The translations under genes were made by a program, and so were the position numbers. From Candidatus Curtissbacteria bacterium (lineage in GTDB: Bacteria > Patescibacteriota > Microgenomatia > Curtissbacterales > GWA2-41-24): DNA of 64,000 nucleotides. Below, one piece after another: positions 9,982-19,503 of the stretch. How positions within the stretch are numbered: position 1 is the first letter of the stretch; each line of letters starts with the position of its first letter. The notes under the pieces were generated by a model that had not been told where the DNA came from, searched no databases, and saw only the letters and a list, made by a program, of their open reading frames with translations. The DNA lies in contig JAUSJC010000010.1 of the NCBI GenBank assembly GCA_030647775.1, forward strand, positions 338,646 to 402,645, in the 5' to 3' direction.

Positions 9982-11544
9982 ATGCGAAAAACAAAGCATT
10001 TACTAATTATTATTCTCCTTAGCCTTTCTGCTTTTTTAATTCACGGTTATCAATTTGCCGTTTCCGATCAGGAGATTTTTATTACCTACATTTTAAAATC
10101 ACAGGACCCCTCACTTTTTCAAAGTGATGCTCTTTTTAATCAAAGCTCTGCTCATCTATCCCTTTTTTATCCTGTTATTGGATTTTTAACAAAATTTGTT
10201 GATATTCAGGTAACCTTCGTTATTGGTTATCTGATCTTTCAGTTCGCGTTTTTCGTTGCGCTTTACCGTCTTTCCAGGATTTTATTAAAAGACAATGATC
10301 TTGCATACTTTTCTCTTTTACCCTTTTTACTACCAAAATTTATCGGCGGCACTGCGGCTCAAACGTTTGACTTGTTTTTTGGATACAGGTCTATTGGTGT
10401 AATCTTTCTTGTGTTCTACCTATCCTTTCTTCTGGAAAAGAAATATATAAAATCAATATTTTTTGCATCAGTAGGTTTTCTATTCCACCCCTTATCTATA
10501 ATCCCCAATATTTTGCTTTTGCCAGTCCTAGCGATACAAAGTTCCAAGTCAAGGGTTTTTGATTCATTGAAATATATTATCTTACCCATGGTAATCGGAT
10601 TGACGCTTTTTGCAATATTCGGGCAAAGCTTTACGAACAGTTCCCCCTTAAAGGATAACTTGTGGCTGTCTATTATTAGATTTCGCGATGATTACCTTTT
10701 TATCTCCAGTTGGACATTACGAGCATGGGGAGCATTTGCTCTTTATTTTTTTCTAATTGTAATCTTTTTAAAGAAAGTTCAAAAAAGTCTTATTAAGCCA
10801 ATAATTATAATTAGTTTTGTTTCTCTTATATTATTCTTAATAAACTCATTTGTTTTGGAGACACTTAAGATTCCACTGGTTGCCGAGTTCCAACTAGTCA
10901 GGTCGATCAACCCAATTGCCTACATTGGGCTAGCTCTTTCTCCTCTATTTCTAGTCCCCAAAAATTACTTCCAAAGAATCCTAGGAGGCGCGGCTTTCAT
11001 TTTTCTATGTTTGAACCTTTTCGATCTTTTTTTTGCGACGGCGATCATTTTTACTTTCTGTCTCTTACTCAACAGAAATGAAGAAAAAGTTAAGCCGCGA
11101 GTGTTTAACCCCTACGCAATTCCTGTCATCACATTTATTCTTTATATAGCCTTAAATATTCCCTCGTATTTAAATTTCCAAGAGAAGATCCAATTCCCAA
11201 AAAAGCAGGATGATTGGATAAACGTACAAAAATGGGCGAGTCAAAATACCGCTAAATCGGCTAAGTTTTTGGTACCACCCGACCAAACCGGCTTTAGGAT
11301 ATTTTCATCAAGGCCAATCGTCGGCGACATAAAAGACGGTGCCGTGGTAATTTATAGCCCGCAATACGCAATCTACTGGTCAAATCTAATGGCTGATACT
11401 GCAAATTATCAAAACTTGGAAAGCGGGGACTTTTTAGCTTTAAAACGGAAATACTCTTTCAGCTATTTTGTCACCACAGCTTTGAAAAATCTTCCGCTAG
11501 AAGTAGTATTTAAGAACAATTCTTTTATAGTATATAAGTTTTAG
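9982..11544 (+). CDS. Polytopic membrane protein, unclassified (candidate GT-C glycosyltransferase)
   Basis: About 12 predicted TM helices then a ~130-aa C-terminal soluble domain. No recognisable soluble enzyme motif. Confidence 0.45.
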   Translation: MRKTKHLLIIILLSLSAFLIHGYQFAVSDQEIFITYILKSQDPSLFQSDALFNQSSAHLSLFYPVIGFLTKFVDIQVTFVIGYLIFQFAFFVALYRLSRILLKDNDLAYFSLLPFLLPKFIGGTAAQTFDLFFGYRSIGVIFLVFYLSFLLEKKYIKSIFFASVGFLFHPLSIIPNILLLPVLAIQSSKSRVFDSLKYIILPMVIGLTLFAIFGQSFTNSSPLKDNLWLSIIRFRDDYLFISSWTLRAWGAFALYFFLIVIFLKKVQKSLIKPIIIISFVSLILFLINSFVLETLKIPLVAEFQLVRSINPIAYIGLALSPLFLVPKNYFQRILGGAAFIFLCLNLFDLFFATAIIFTFCLLLNRNEEKVKPRVFNPYAIPVITFILYIALNIPSYLNFQEKIQFPKKQDDWINVQKWASQNTAKSAKFLVPPDQTGFRIFSSRPIVGDIKDGAVVIYSPQYAIYWSNLMADTANYQNLESGDFLALKRKYSFSYFVTTALKNLPLEVVFKNNSFIVYKF

Positions 11545-11632
11545 TAGTATGAAGATTAAGTCAAAATTGGCGACAGGTAGCAGAAATTGGTAAAATTGCT
11601 TAACCTTAGCGAAATTATTTTGTTTAAATAAG

Positions 11633-12826
11633 ATGAAAAGAAATTATCAAATAGGAATAGGGAACATTTCAATTGACGAAAACGCAAAAAGGAATGTCAT
11701 GGACGTTCTTAATTCTTCAAGGCTTTCTTACGGCGATTATTCTAGACAATTTGAGACAGAAATGGCAAAAATCCATGACAGGAAATATGCGATTTTCTTA
11801 AACAGCGGCACAAGCGCTCTCCATATAGCGCTACAAGTCTTAAAAGATAAATACGGCTGGGAAGATAACGACGAAGTCTTAGTTCCCGCCGTTACCTTTG
11901 TAGCGACCTCTAATATTGTTTTGCATAACCGGCTTAAACCCATTTTTGTAGATGTCGAAAAAGATTTTTATTGTATAGACCCAAAGAAGGTAGAGGAGAA
12001 GATTACAAAAAAAACCAGAGCCATTATCCCTGTTCACCTTTTTGGTCAGAGTAGTGAAATGGTGAAAATAATTGAAATAGCTAAAAAATATCACCTCAAA
12101 ATTATCGAGGATTCATGCGAAGCAATGTTTGTAGAGTATATGAGCCGCCCCGTAGGGTCTATGGGCGACATTTCCTGCTACTCAACCTATGCCACACATC
12201 TGATTACGACCGGAGTAGGGGGTCTGGCAATGACCAATGACGACGATTTGGCAATTCGCCTAAAAAGCTGCGCGAATCACGGACGTGACGGTATTTATCT
12301 TTCAATAGATGATGATAAGGGGAAAAATAAAAAGGATTTATTTAACATTGTTGAAAGAAGATTTTCCTTTATTCATCTTGGTCACAGTTTCAGGCTGACG
12401 GAAATGGAAGCTGCTATTGGCGTGGCCCAGCTTAAAAATTGGAGGAGCATTATCAAAAAAAGACAGTCAAACGCGAAATATCTGACTGCAAACCTTTCTA
12501 AATGGTCTAAATATATGCAGCTGCCCAAGATAAGGGATGGGGCGACACATGCTTTTATGCTTTACCCTATACTAATTCTAGACAGAAAAATAAGCAGAAA
12601 AAACCTCACGGAATACTTAGAGATAAACGGGATCGAGACGAGGTATTTAATGCCCCTTTTAAATCAACCGATCTATGTAAAGCTCTTTGGTAATTTAGAA
12701 AATCTATATCCGGTTGCCAGGAATATTAACAAAAACGGGTTTCTGATCGGTTGTCATCAGGATTTAAAGAAAGAAGAATTGGATCACGTCATTGGGGTTT
12801 TTAATAGTTACTTCTCTAGAATCTAA
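11633..12826 (+). CDS. DegT/DnrJ/EryC1/StrS-family PLP-dependent sugar aminotransferase
   Basis: 'AIFLNSGTSALHIAL', 'VPAVTFVATSNIV', 'IIEDSCEA' are hallmark motifs of the family. Confidence 0.75.
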   Translation: MKRNYQIGIGNISIDENAKRNVMDVLNSSRLSYGDYSRQFETEMAKIHDRKYAIFLNSGTSALHIALQVLKDKYGWEDNDEVLVPAVTFVATSNIVLHNRLKPIFVDVEKDFYCIDPKKVEEKITKKTRAIIPVHLFGQSSEMVKIIEIAKKYHLKIIEDSCEAMFVEYMSRPVGSMGDISCYSTYATHLITTGVGGLAMTNDDDLAIRLKSCANHGRDGIYLSIDDDKGKNKKDLFNIVERRFSFIHLGHSFRLTEMEAAIGVAQLKNWRSIIKKRQSNAKYLTANLSKWSKYMQLPKIRDGATHAFMLYPILILDRKISRKNLTEYLEINGIETRYLMPLLNQPIYVKLFGNLENLYPVARNINKNGFLIGCHQDLKKEELDHVIGVFNSYFSRI

Positions 12827-12838
12827 GCCGGCGGGGAA

Positions 12839-14167
12839 ATGAATTTAAAACATATAAGACTTCCTGGTAATTTCTATATCTTAGCTGTCATTTTCGCTTT
12901 CGTTCTAAGGTTTATATTCATGCCATTTTCTGCTCATTCCGACTTTTATGTAATTAATATGTTTCCCAGCTTACTCTGGAGAGAAAATGTAGTTGATATC
13001 CTTTCTTATTCTAGACAAGAAGTAAACAGGCCGGGATTTTCTTATTACCCGCCGCTTACATATTTCACCTTAAGCGTTTTTCAATTCTTATATCAACCTT
13101 TTTCTAATACCTTCATCCCTTGGGTAGACCAATTGAGAAGCTTATACGTTGGAGGCTTCAGGGGAACGGAGGCAGACTACATCAAGCTAGTTGACAATCC
13201 GTTTATTTTTAGAGATATATTTTTGGGGAAAACACCATACCTTATTTTTGATATAGGATGTGTTTTAGCATTAGTAGCTTTTATTAGGCGCAGGTACATA
13301 GACAAAAAAATCGTACTACTTTGGCTCTTTAACCCCGTTTTGCTATACGGAGCATACATCTTTGGCCAGTTTGATATCATTCCGGCTTTTTTTATCCTTT
13401 TGGGATTTTTATTGATAGATAAAAATCCCTCTCTTGGCCTTTTTACAGTTGGAATCGCTGGTGCTTTCAAAAACTATTCCTTTGTCTTTATTATTCCCTT
13501 AGCCGGGATTTATGGAAGATCCTTAAAAGACAAGGCGAAACTCGCTCTAATTGGCTTTGTTCCATCCTTTATTTTCGCAACTCCGACTATTATTAATAGT
13601 CCTAGTGATGCTGTATTTGCATTTTTTAATGGAATTATTCTGCAATCTAAAAGACCCTTAGAAGGTTGGCCTCTTTACTCACAGCTCCTGCGTTATACTG
13701 CTCTGGCTTTTTCTTACTTTTCCATTACTCTACTGTTTTCGTTAACAACAATAAAAAATAAATGGCGATTGTCTGTAGGAGTCTGCTGCATTGCAATTTT
13801 ATTGGTCTTAACCCTCGTACCCAGGACGTCATTCCATTATTTGTTTTGGGCATTCCCGCTAATTATTTTATGGTTCAGGGGTTTTAAGGTTTGCACTTCT
13901 ATACTTTTAATCCAAACAATAAGTTTTGCTTCATATAAAATACTTGCCCCGCAACTGCAAGCCGGGCTTTTTGTTCCGATAAACCCGGATTACTTTCATT
14001 CCCTTCCGACATTCAATTACTTACTTGGGCAAATTATTCCCTATAGAATAATAAGTACGGCAGGGTTCCTTATTTTTCTAAGCCTAAACCTTTATTTGAT
14101 AGCAAGGATAATTTACGAAATTACGTTTAAATCCGAAGTTAGTTTGCGGAAGTTAGGCCGAAGATAA
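12839..14167 (+). CDS. Polytopic membrane protein (possible DUF2029/GT87-like GT-C)
   Basis: About 11 TM helices across 442 aa. Context only; motif assignment weak. Confidence 0.4.
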   Translation: MNLKHIRLPGNFYILAVIFAFVLRFIFMPFSAHSDFYVINMFPSLLWRENVVDILSYSRQEVNRPGFSYYPPLTYFTLSVFQFLYQPFSNTFIPWVDQLRSLYVGGFRGTEADYIKLVDNPFIFRDIFLGKTPYLIFDIGCVLALVAFIRRRYIDKKIVLLWLFNPVLLYGAYIFGQFDIIPAFFILLGFLLIDKNPSLGLFTVGIAGAFKNYSFVFIIPLAGIYGRSLKDKAKLALIGFVPSFIFATPTIINSPSDAVFAFFNGIILQSKRPLEGWPLYSQLLRYTALAFSYFSITLLFSLTTIKNKWRLSVGVCCIAILLVLTLVPRTSFHYLFWAFPLIILWFRGFKVCTSILLIQTISFASYKILAPQLQAGLFVPINPDYFHSLPTFNYLLGQIIPYRIISTAGFLIFLSLNLYLIARIIYEITFKSEVSLRKLGRR

Positions 14168-15845
14168 CGAAGTTATTATTCTCTACTAGAGTCTTATATT
14201 TACTATACATATAATTTGCAAAACCCGGATTACTCAATAATCGCTTTTTGTCAGCCGATGCAAAAATAACTGCCCCCCTCGATCTTAAATACTCAAGGTA
14301 TTCTTCCGATTTTAGTCTGTAACCGTTAACTGGCGGATTATTTTTCCCTTCTATGTCAAAACTCCAGCCATTGCGATTGGAATAATAAATGACTGTCGGG
14401 CCGGAATCCATTGATCCGATTGTTAGATCATCCTGCTTCGTTAGCCTTTGTACTTCTTTCCCTGTTTCAGTTACAAATCTAAATCTGTCGATAGGCCGAT
14501 ATGCCTTAGTAAAAATTTGCGGCAAAGCACTTATACCAATCATCAAAAATATGAACGAATATACAAACCAATTATGCCTAAAATTCTTTGCTGCTTTCAT
14601 GGTTCCTAGTGCGATAAATATTGAGGCAACCGGCAAAAAAGGCAGATTATAATATTCATGTACCATTGAATGCCTATTGAAGATGAAAAAATAAATTGCT
14701 ATGCCAAGAAGCCAAAAGTAAATAAATTTCATTTTTTTATATTTGCTCGCAGAACACCATAGACTATCTGTCCATAGATAAATGCGAGAGCGAATACATA
14801 CTTCCGAGTACCAGGAGTTTTCTGCTCGCTCATGTAAACTTGAAAGAGAATACCGAGGGTTTTTAGCCCTCGGAAGTTTATAGCCGGTAAAAAGACCAAC
14901 CACGAAAAGGACTAGGCCGATGGGAAGAATAACTTGGTTGTAATTCCATCCAAAAACAGTTGCATAATATTTGTAATCTAAAAATAAAGCAGGCCGAAAC
15001 CAATTAGAAAGGGAGAAATTTTCTTGGTTGACCAAAATGTTCGTCTTGGCTACAAAATAGGCATATTGATACCATATTAGGGACGGTAAAAATGAAATTA
15101 ATACATAAAGCAGTGAATAAGAAAATCTGTGCGCCGTTTTTTGGTGTAAAATTAACAAGAGTATGGGGATAACAGTGAAGATAAACGCCGGGATTTTTAA
15201 AAGGGAAGCAACAGAGGCAAGAAGGGCTGAAATAATAAGATAAATCAATTTCTTCTTTTCGTTCCAGATCAAAGCATAAAAAATTGATCCGAGAGATAGA
15301 GTAATCATCCATTGATCGGGCTGAAAACTTCTCGACACCAAAACGGACATGGGGGATAGGCTATAGAACACAACCGTTATCAAGGAAAGCTTCTCCCCGA
15401 TTAACTTTTTAGATATTCTATATAAGAATAAAAAGGAAATGATCCACCCTAAAACAGAAAAAAGTCTTCCGAGTGTTTCATCAACGCCACCGTTTAAGAG
15501 ATATAAAAAAGCAACAGCTGTATTTAAACCGGGGAATTCCAATATATACAAGACTTCTTTTGGTCCATAAAAATTGACCGCAGGCTGCAGGATGTTAAAT
15601 CCTCCGCGGAAAAGGTTTCTAGTAATTTCTGCTGTTTGTACCTGTCTTGACGGCTCAAATTCAAGGAGCGGAATGTTTATTCTCCATAAACGCAGAGAAA
15701 GACCTAATATTAAAATTATTGCAAGAACAACATAATCTTTATTCTGAGCGAAAAAACTCCTGAATTTATGCCGGAGATGAAGCGAATTTTGAGCGAAATT
15801 CAGAGAACTACGACCCTTAGGCCGTGGGAATCTATTTATTTTCAT
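14139..15845 (-). CDS. PMT_2/ArnT-like (GT39/GT83-type) polytopic membrane glycosyltransferase
   Basis: 'LAIILILGLSLRLWRINIPLLEFE' is the N-terminal LRL-W/Y...D/E loop typical of the family. There are 12+ TM helices and a C-terminal soluble domain. The first ~35 codons overlap repeat element copy A, so the true start is uncertain. Confidence 0.55.
   Translation of the reverse strand: MKINRFPRPKGRSSLNFAQNSLHLRHKFRSFFAQNKDYVVLAIILILGLSLRLWRINIPLLEFEPSRQVQTAEITRNLFRGGFNILQPAVNFYGPKEVLYILEFPGLNTAVAFLYLLNGGVDETLGRLFSVLGWIISFLFLYRISKKLIGEKLSLITVVFYSLSPMSVLVSRSFQPDQWMITLSLGSIFYALIWNEKKKLIYLIISALLASVASLLKIPAFIFTVIPILLLILHQKTAHRFSYSLLYVLISFLPSLIWYQYAYFVAKTNILVNQENFSLSNWFRPALFLDYKYYATVFGWNYNQVILPIGLVLFVVGLFTGYKLPRAKNPRYSLSSLHERAENSWYSEVCIRSRIYLWTDSLWCSASKYKKMKFIYFWLLGIAIYFFIFNRHSMVHEYYNLPFLPVASIFIALGTMKAAKNFRHNWFVYSFIFLMIGISALPQIFTKAYRPIDRFRFVTETGKEVQRLTKQDDLTIGSMDSGPTVIYYSNRNGWSFDIEGKNNPPVNGYRLKSEEYLEYLRSRGAVIFASADKKRLLSNPGFANYMYSKYKTLVENNNFVIFGLTSAN
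15741..15837 (+). repeat. Junction repeat element, copy A (long form)
   Basis: ATTCTGAGCGAAAAAACTCC[TGAATTTATGCC]GGAGATGAAGCGAATTTTGAGCGAAATTCAGAGAACTACGACCCTTAGGCCGTGGGAATCTATTT. About 90% identical to copy C except for a 12-bp indel. Confidence 0.8.
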
Positions 15846-17631
15846 ACGTTCTCAATATATTTATCAGTTTGTTTAGTTTCCTTACGTTGCCTTTTCCAAA
15901 GTATTCTTTAGCGAATCTTATTTTGTCCCGAGAAACAAAGTCCAGCCGCGTTTCTTTTAAAAATGCTACCAATCCGAGCTGTAAATCATTTTCTGATAAT
16001 ACGGAGAATGATCTATCAAATTTTCCAACACCGAACATGTCCGTTTTATTGTAAGGATTGAAAAATACGGTAGGCTTCCCTGATAGCAAAGAATACACAC
16101 CCGCTGTGGTATTTTCAAATATTATGACGTCTGCATCTTTAAGTGCTTCATTCAAAGAATTAAAATCGGAGAATTTGCATTTTTGAGGATATTTATTAAC
16201 TAAAGCAGTAAAATTTCTTCTATTTTGGAATGGGTGGAGACGGATAGAAATTTCAACGTTAATGTCCGAGTTTAAAAGTAAAGAAAAAAGCCTTTTTTCC
16301 CAGTAAATTGTTAACCCCGGATCAAAGTAATGGATAGTAGCGAGAAATAATATTTTAATTTTGTCAGGCTTTTGGCTTTTGGAATTAACTTCAATGTTGG
16401 TGTCAAAAGGGGATTCCCCAATCAATACCTTTTTTTTACCAAGAGGCCTTCCGTCATTCGTGTAAAAGTTTGAAAAAAAAAGTTCACTTGTCTTCTTGCT
16501 CCATAAAATATGTTTATTGCTTAGAGGTAAAGGGTAGGGGATAGGTGCAAGACTTCCTCCATGTTCAATGGATATCGTTTCTACTCCTGCCTCTTTTGCC
16601 CCGGAGATAAAAGTTAAGCATTTAGTATCAGGATCGGTAAAAGTTACTAATAAATTTATCCCGGATCCTGTTATTATTTTTCTAGCTAGAATTATATCCG
16701 CGCCGATTTCTCTGAATTCATTTCTTATTACTTGTGAAATTTTAGCCTTTATAAATTTACTTGCGAATTTATCTTCGTCAAATCTAGGGTGAGAAAATTT
16801 ATTCCAAGCATGCTCTTTTATCAGATGGGATTCTATAATTTTTGATTCTTCCCAAATCTCTTTATCGTAAAGTCTTTCTTTTTCCCAAAACTCACAAGTG
16901 AAACTTTTTAACACTTTTCTTTGAGAAAAAGTAAGTCCATATGTTAAAAAAATAACGTCCAGTCCTGATTTTTTAATGTCACTTATAAATTCCTCCATTT
17001 CTAAAAATTTTGAAGGTGGAATAAGCATTAGGATTTTCCCGTTTCTAATCTTGTTTCTCTTAAGCCCATTGAGGAATTTATAGATGTTACCGACAGATTG
17101 TCTCAACTTAAATTCTCTTCTACTATTAATTGATATTTTTCTATATTTTATATTTTTCTTTCTACTAAGAAGAAAAAAGGCATGGGGAATTAAAGTGCCG
17201 TTATTAATACTATACCCGGGGTAATCTTCCAATCCAAAAGTAATTATTTTTTTTGGTTTAAAATAGTTAATTACTTTTTCACCAAAATCATAACTTCTTT
17301 CGAAATCTTGTAAAAAAAATCCTATTCTGTCTCTTACGTATTTATAATATTCATTACCAAGTTCACTATAAACGATTTTAAAATTATCTATGAAATATTT
17401 GGCGCCGCCGCTATAACCGTCCTTTGATATGAATTTATATAAGGGATTTTTCCACCCGGGGATATTTTTTTCAAGATAAAACTCAGCTTCTAGGGAAATA
17501 GCAAGATATATTTTATTTTGAGCGAAAATCAAAGAACCGCGGCCGAAAGATCGTGGGAATCTATTGTTACCAACCAGCGAAAGAGCCGTCCTTGCTTCTT
17601 CTTCGGTGCTTACTATTATTAACGTACCCAT
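15832..17631 (-). CDS. Large GT-B-like transferase (TagF/capsule-type), candidate nonulosonic-acid transferase
   Basis: 599 aa. C-terminal half 'KIKILFLATIHYFD...RLHPFQN...IIFENTTAGVYSLLSGKPTVFF' resembles CDP-glycerol glycerophosphotransferase / capsule transferase folds. Lies immediately downstream of the NulO biosynthesis genes. N-terminus overlaps repeat copy B. Confidence 0.35.
   Translation of the reverse strand: MGTLIIVSTEEEARTALSLVGNNRFPRSFGRGSLIFAQNKIYLAISLEAEFYLEKNIPGWKNPLYKFISKDGYSGGAKYFIDNFKIVYSELGNEYYKYVRDRIGFFLQDFERSYDFGEKVINYFKPKKIITFGLEDYPGYSINNGTLIPHAFFLLSRKKNIKYRKISINSRREFKLRQSVGNIYKFLNGLKRNKIRNGKILMLIPPSKFLEMEEFISDIKKSGLDVIFLTYGLTFSQRKVLKSFTCEFWEKERLYDKEIWEESKIIESHLIKEHAWNKFSHPRFDEDKFASKFIKAKISQVIRNEFREIGADIILARKIITGSGINLLVTFTDPDTKCLTFISGAKEAGVETISIEHGGSLAPIPYPLPLSNKHILWSKKTSELFFSNFYTNDGRPLGKKKVLIGESPFDTNIEVNSKSQKPDKIKILFLATIHYFDPGLTIYWEKRLFSLLLNSDINVEISIRLHPFQNRRNFTALVNKYPQKCKFSDFNSLNEALKDADVIIFENTTAGVYSLLSGKPTVFFNPYNKTDMFGVGKFDRSFSVLSENDLQLGLVAFLKETRLDFVSRDKIRFAKEYFGKGNVRKLNKLINILRTYENK
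17516..17565 (+). repeat. Junction repeat element, copy B (short form)
   Basis: TTTTGAGCGAAAATCAAAGAACCGCGGCCGAAAGATCGTGGGAATCTATT. Confidence 0.75.
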
Positions 17632-17638
17632 CCGTGGT

Positions 17639-18199
17639 TTAAATTTTAATGCCGAAAAGGTCGCAAAAGTCTTTCTTAAGCACGCCGTATTTCAATATAT
17701 CGGCATATGACCCATGCTTGTAGAGTTGTTCTTTCAGTCGACCTTCCTCTTTCATTCCTAAGAATTTCGCCAATTTCTGCATCCCGATATTATGCTGTGA
17801 AGTTCCACAGTAGATTCTGTGCAGATTCATTTCAGAAAACCCGTGTTTCACAAGCAGTAAAGAAGCTTCCTTTGAGTAGCCTTTATTCCAGTAATCTTGC
17901 TCCCCGACTATAATGGCAAATTCTGCGTTCTTATTAGTATAGTCAATACCCTGAAGCGCGATATTCCCTATGTGAATTTCCTTCCCTTTCAAAATGATTG
18001 CCAACACTATTGCATCCCTAGTTTTTTTTGAGGCATTTATATATGCGAGCCCTTCCGCCACAGAATAAGGGAAAACATGGTGAGAATTAAATTCGCACAC
18101 TTTTTCATCATTCAACCATGAAACGTAATTGCCTTTTAAATCTTCCTCCGTTAGTCCTCTTAAATAAATATGTTCACCTTCTAAAAATACGTTTTTCAC
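17639..18199 (-). CDS. GNAT N-acetyltransferase (PseH-like candidate)
   Basis: 'FAIIVGEQDYWNKGYSKEASLLLVKHGF' and 'HRIYCGTSQHNIGMQKLAKFLGMKEEG' are GNAT motifs A/B (RimL-like). Confidence 0.65.
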   Translation of the reverse strand: MKNVFLEGEHIYLRGLTEEDLKGNYVSWLNDEKVCEFNSHHVFPYSVAEGLAYINASKKTRDAIVLAIILKGKEIHIGNIALQGIDYTNKNAEFAIIVGEQDYWNKGYSKEASLLLVKHGFSEMNLHRIYCGTSQHNIGMQKLAKFLGMKEEGRLKEQLYKHGSYADILKYGVLKKDFCDLFGIKI

Positions 18200-19503
18200 T
18201 TAAGTTCCTCTTTGTATTTCCAGACTTTTTCAAAGGCCCTAACTACGTCGTCAAGGTCGTCTCTCGTCATGGGCGGTTTAAAAAGCTCATTATTTATAAG
18301 AACATTATCATAACAACTTTCAGCAACCGGACAAATACCTTTGTCGTATTTTACTCCACTTTTGTTCCAAGGACTGTTCCATGGCCATCCCGCCGATCCA
18401 ATCGCAATCTTATTTTGAAAAAGAGGCAACAGATGGATTGGTTTTATGTAGCCTTTACCGAGTGTTACACCTTCGTCAGTCCTTTTTTCGTACGGCAGAA
18501 GTTCTGCCTTAACCGCATCTACAAAAACATCCCTGTGAACTCCCGCAATTTCCGAAGAGTACTGCAGTGGTTGGTAATAATAGCTGTGCGTACAATCCTT
18601 TCTTACTTTTCCTAATTTTATGCATGGAATATTTTTTAAACCCTGGGAAAGATATTCCACATTAGTCCGCCTTTCTTCTACAAGTGGCTTGACCTTTTTT
18701 AATTGTTCTTTGCCAATAGCAGCCGTAATTTCAGTCATTCGGAAATTAAAACCAACCATATTTACTAAAGTCTCAAAGCCGCCTCTCCCATCGATTACAG
18801 CTTCTGCATGATTCCTTATCATTCTTGCTCTTTCGGCAAATAAATCGTTATCGGTTACTATTACGCCTCCCTCTCCTGTATGGATATGTTTGTGGAAATT
18901 CAAGGAATGAATGCCTATGTCTCCAAGTGTACCGGCGTATTTCTTTCCATAGTTTGCAAAAATCGCCTGTGCAGCATCCTCAATCACAACGAGTCCACGC
19001 TCTTTAGCAAGCTTATTGATATTTTTGGAATCGTAAGGAAGACCAAAAAGGTCAACAACTATAATTGCTCGGGTGTTTTTTGTAATTCTTTCTTCAATTG
19101 ATTTGGCGGAAAGACAAAAAAAATCTTCTTCTATGTCAGCAAAAACCGGAATAGCTCCATAAAAGAGTGGAGCCGTAGCGGAGCAGCTCATAGAGTAGGG
19201 AGTTACAATTATTTCGTCGCCAGGGCTTGTGCCGATAGCCCCGACAGCGCATATTAATCCTGACGTAGCTGAATTAACTACGATTGCATGTTTTACTCCG
19301 AAATACTTTGACCATTCGGTCTCAAAAGATTTGGCCTCTTCGCCGCCATAGAATCTCGCGTGTTGGGCACCGATATATCCGGAAAGCCTGCCGGATTTGA
19401 AAACACGCAAAACTGCCTTTTCTTCCTCCGTCCCAAAATTGTTATATGCCGGAAAGTTTTTGTTCCTGATTTTCCTTCCGCCATTAATCGCTAGTTTTGC
19501 CAT
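18196..19503 (-). CDS. DegT-family PLP aminotransferase (PseC/LegC-like)
   Basis: 'VNSATSGLICAV', 'TPYSMSCSATAP', 'VIEDAAQA'. Adjacent to the other NulO genes. Confidence 0.75.
   Translation of the reverse strand: MAKLAINGGRKIRNKNFPAYNNFGTEEEKAVLRVFKSGRLSGYIGAQHARFYGGEEAKSFETEWSKYFGVKHAIVVNSATSGLICAVGAIGTSPGDEIIVTPYSMSCSATAPLFYGAIPVFADIEEDFFCLSAKSIEERITKNTRAIIVVDLFGLPYDSKNINKLAKERGLVVIEDAAQAIFANYGKKYAGTLGDIGIHSLNFHKHIHTGEGGVIVTDNDLFAERARMIRNHAEAVIDGRGGFETLVNMVGFNFRMTEITAAIGKEQLKKVKPLVEERRTNVEYLSQGLKNIPCIKLGKVRKDCTHSYYYQPLQYSSEIAGVHRDVFVDAVKAELLPYEKRTDEGVTLGKGYIKPIHLLPLFQNKIAIGSAGWPWNSPWNKSGVKYDKGICPVAESCYDNVLINNELFKPPMTRDDLDDVVRAFEKVWKYKEELK

Noticed and set aside
15741-15837. Junction element as a MITE or mini-IS
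   Set aside because: No terminal inverted repeats, target-site duplications or transposase-related sequence are visible. The ends (ATTCTGAGCG ... GGGAATCTATTT) are not complementary. It is kept as an unexplained repeat instead.
14139-15845. 'FAQN' / 'NRFPRxxGRxSL' as a conserved N-terminal targeting peptide shared by membrane glycosyltransferases
   Set aside because: The same DNA is present in the opposite orientation in gene 28950..30716 and as a stop-containing non-coding copy (D). This makes a protein-level explanation unlikely. The similar 'FFAQDDF' in 56825..58105 is encoded by unrelated DNA and is probably the ordinary acidic first-loop motif.
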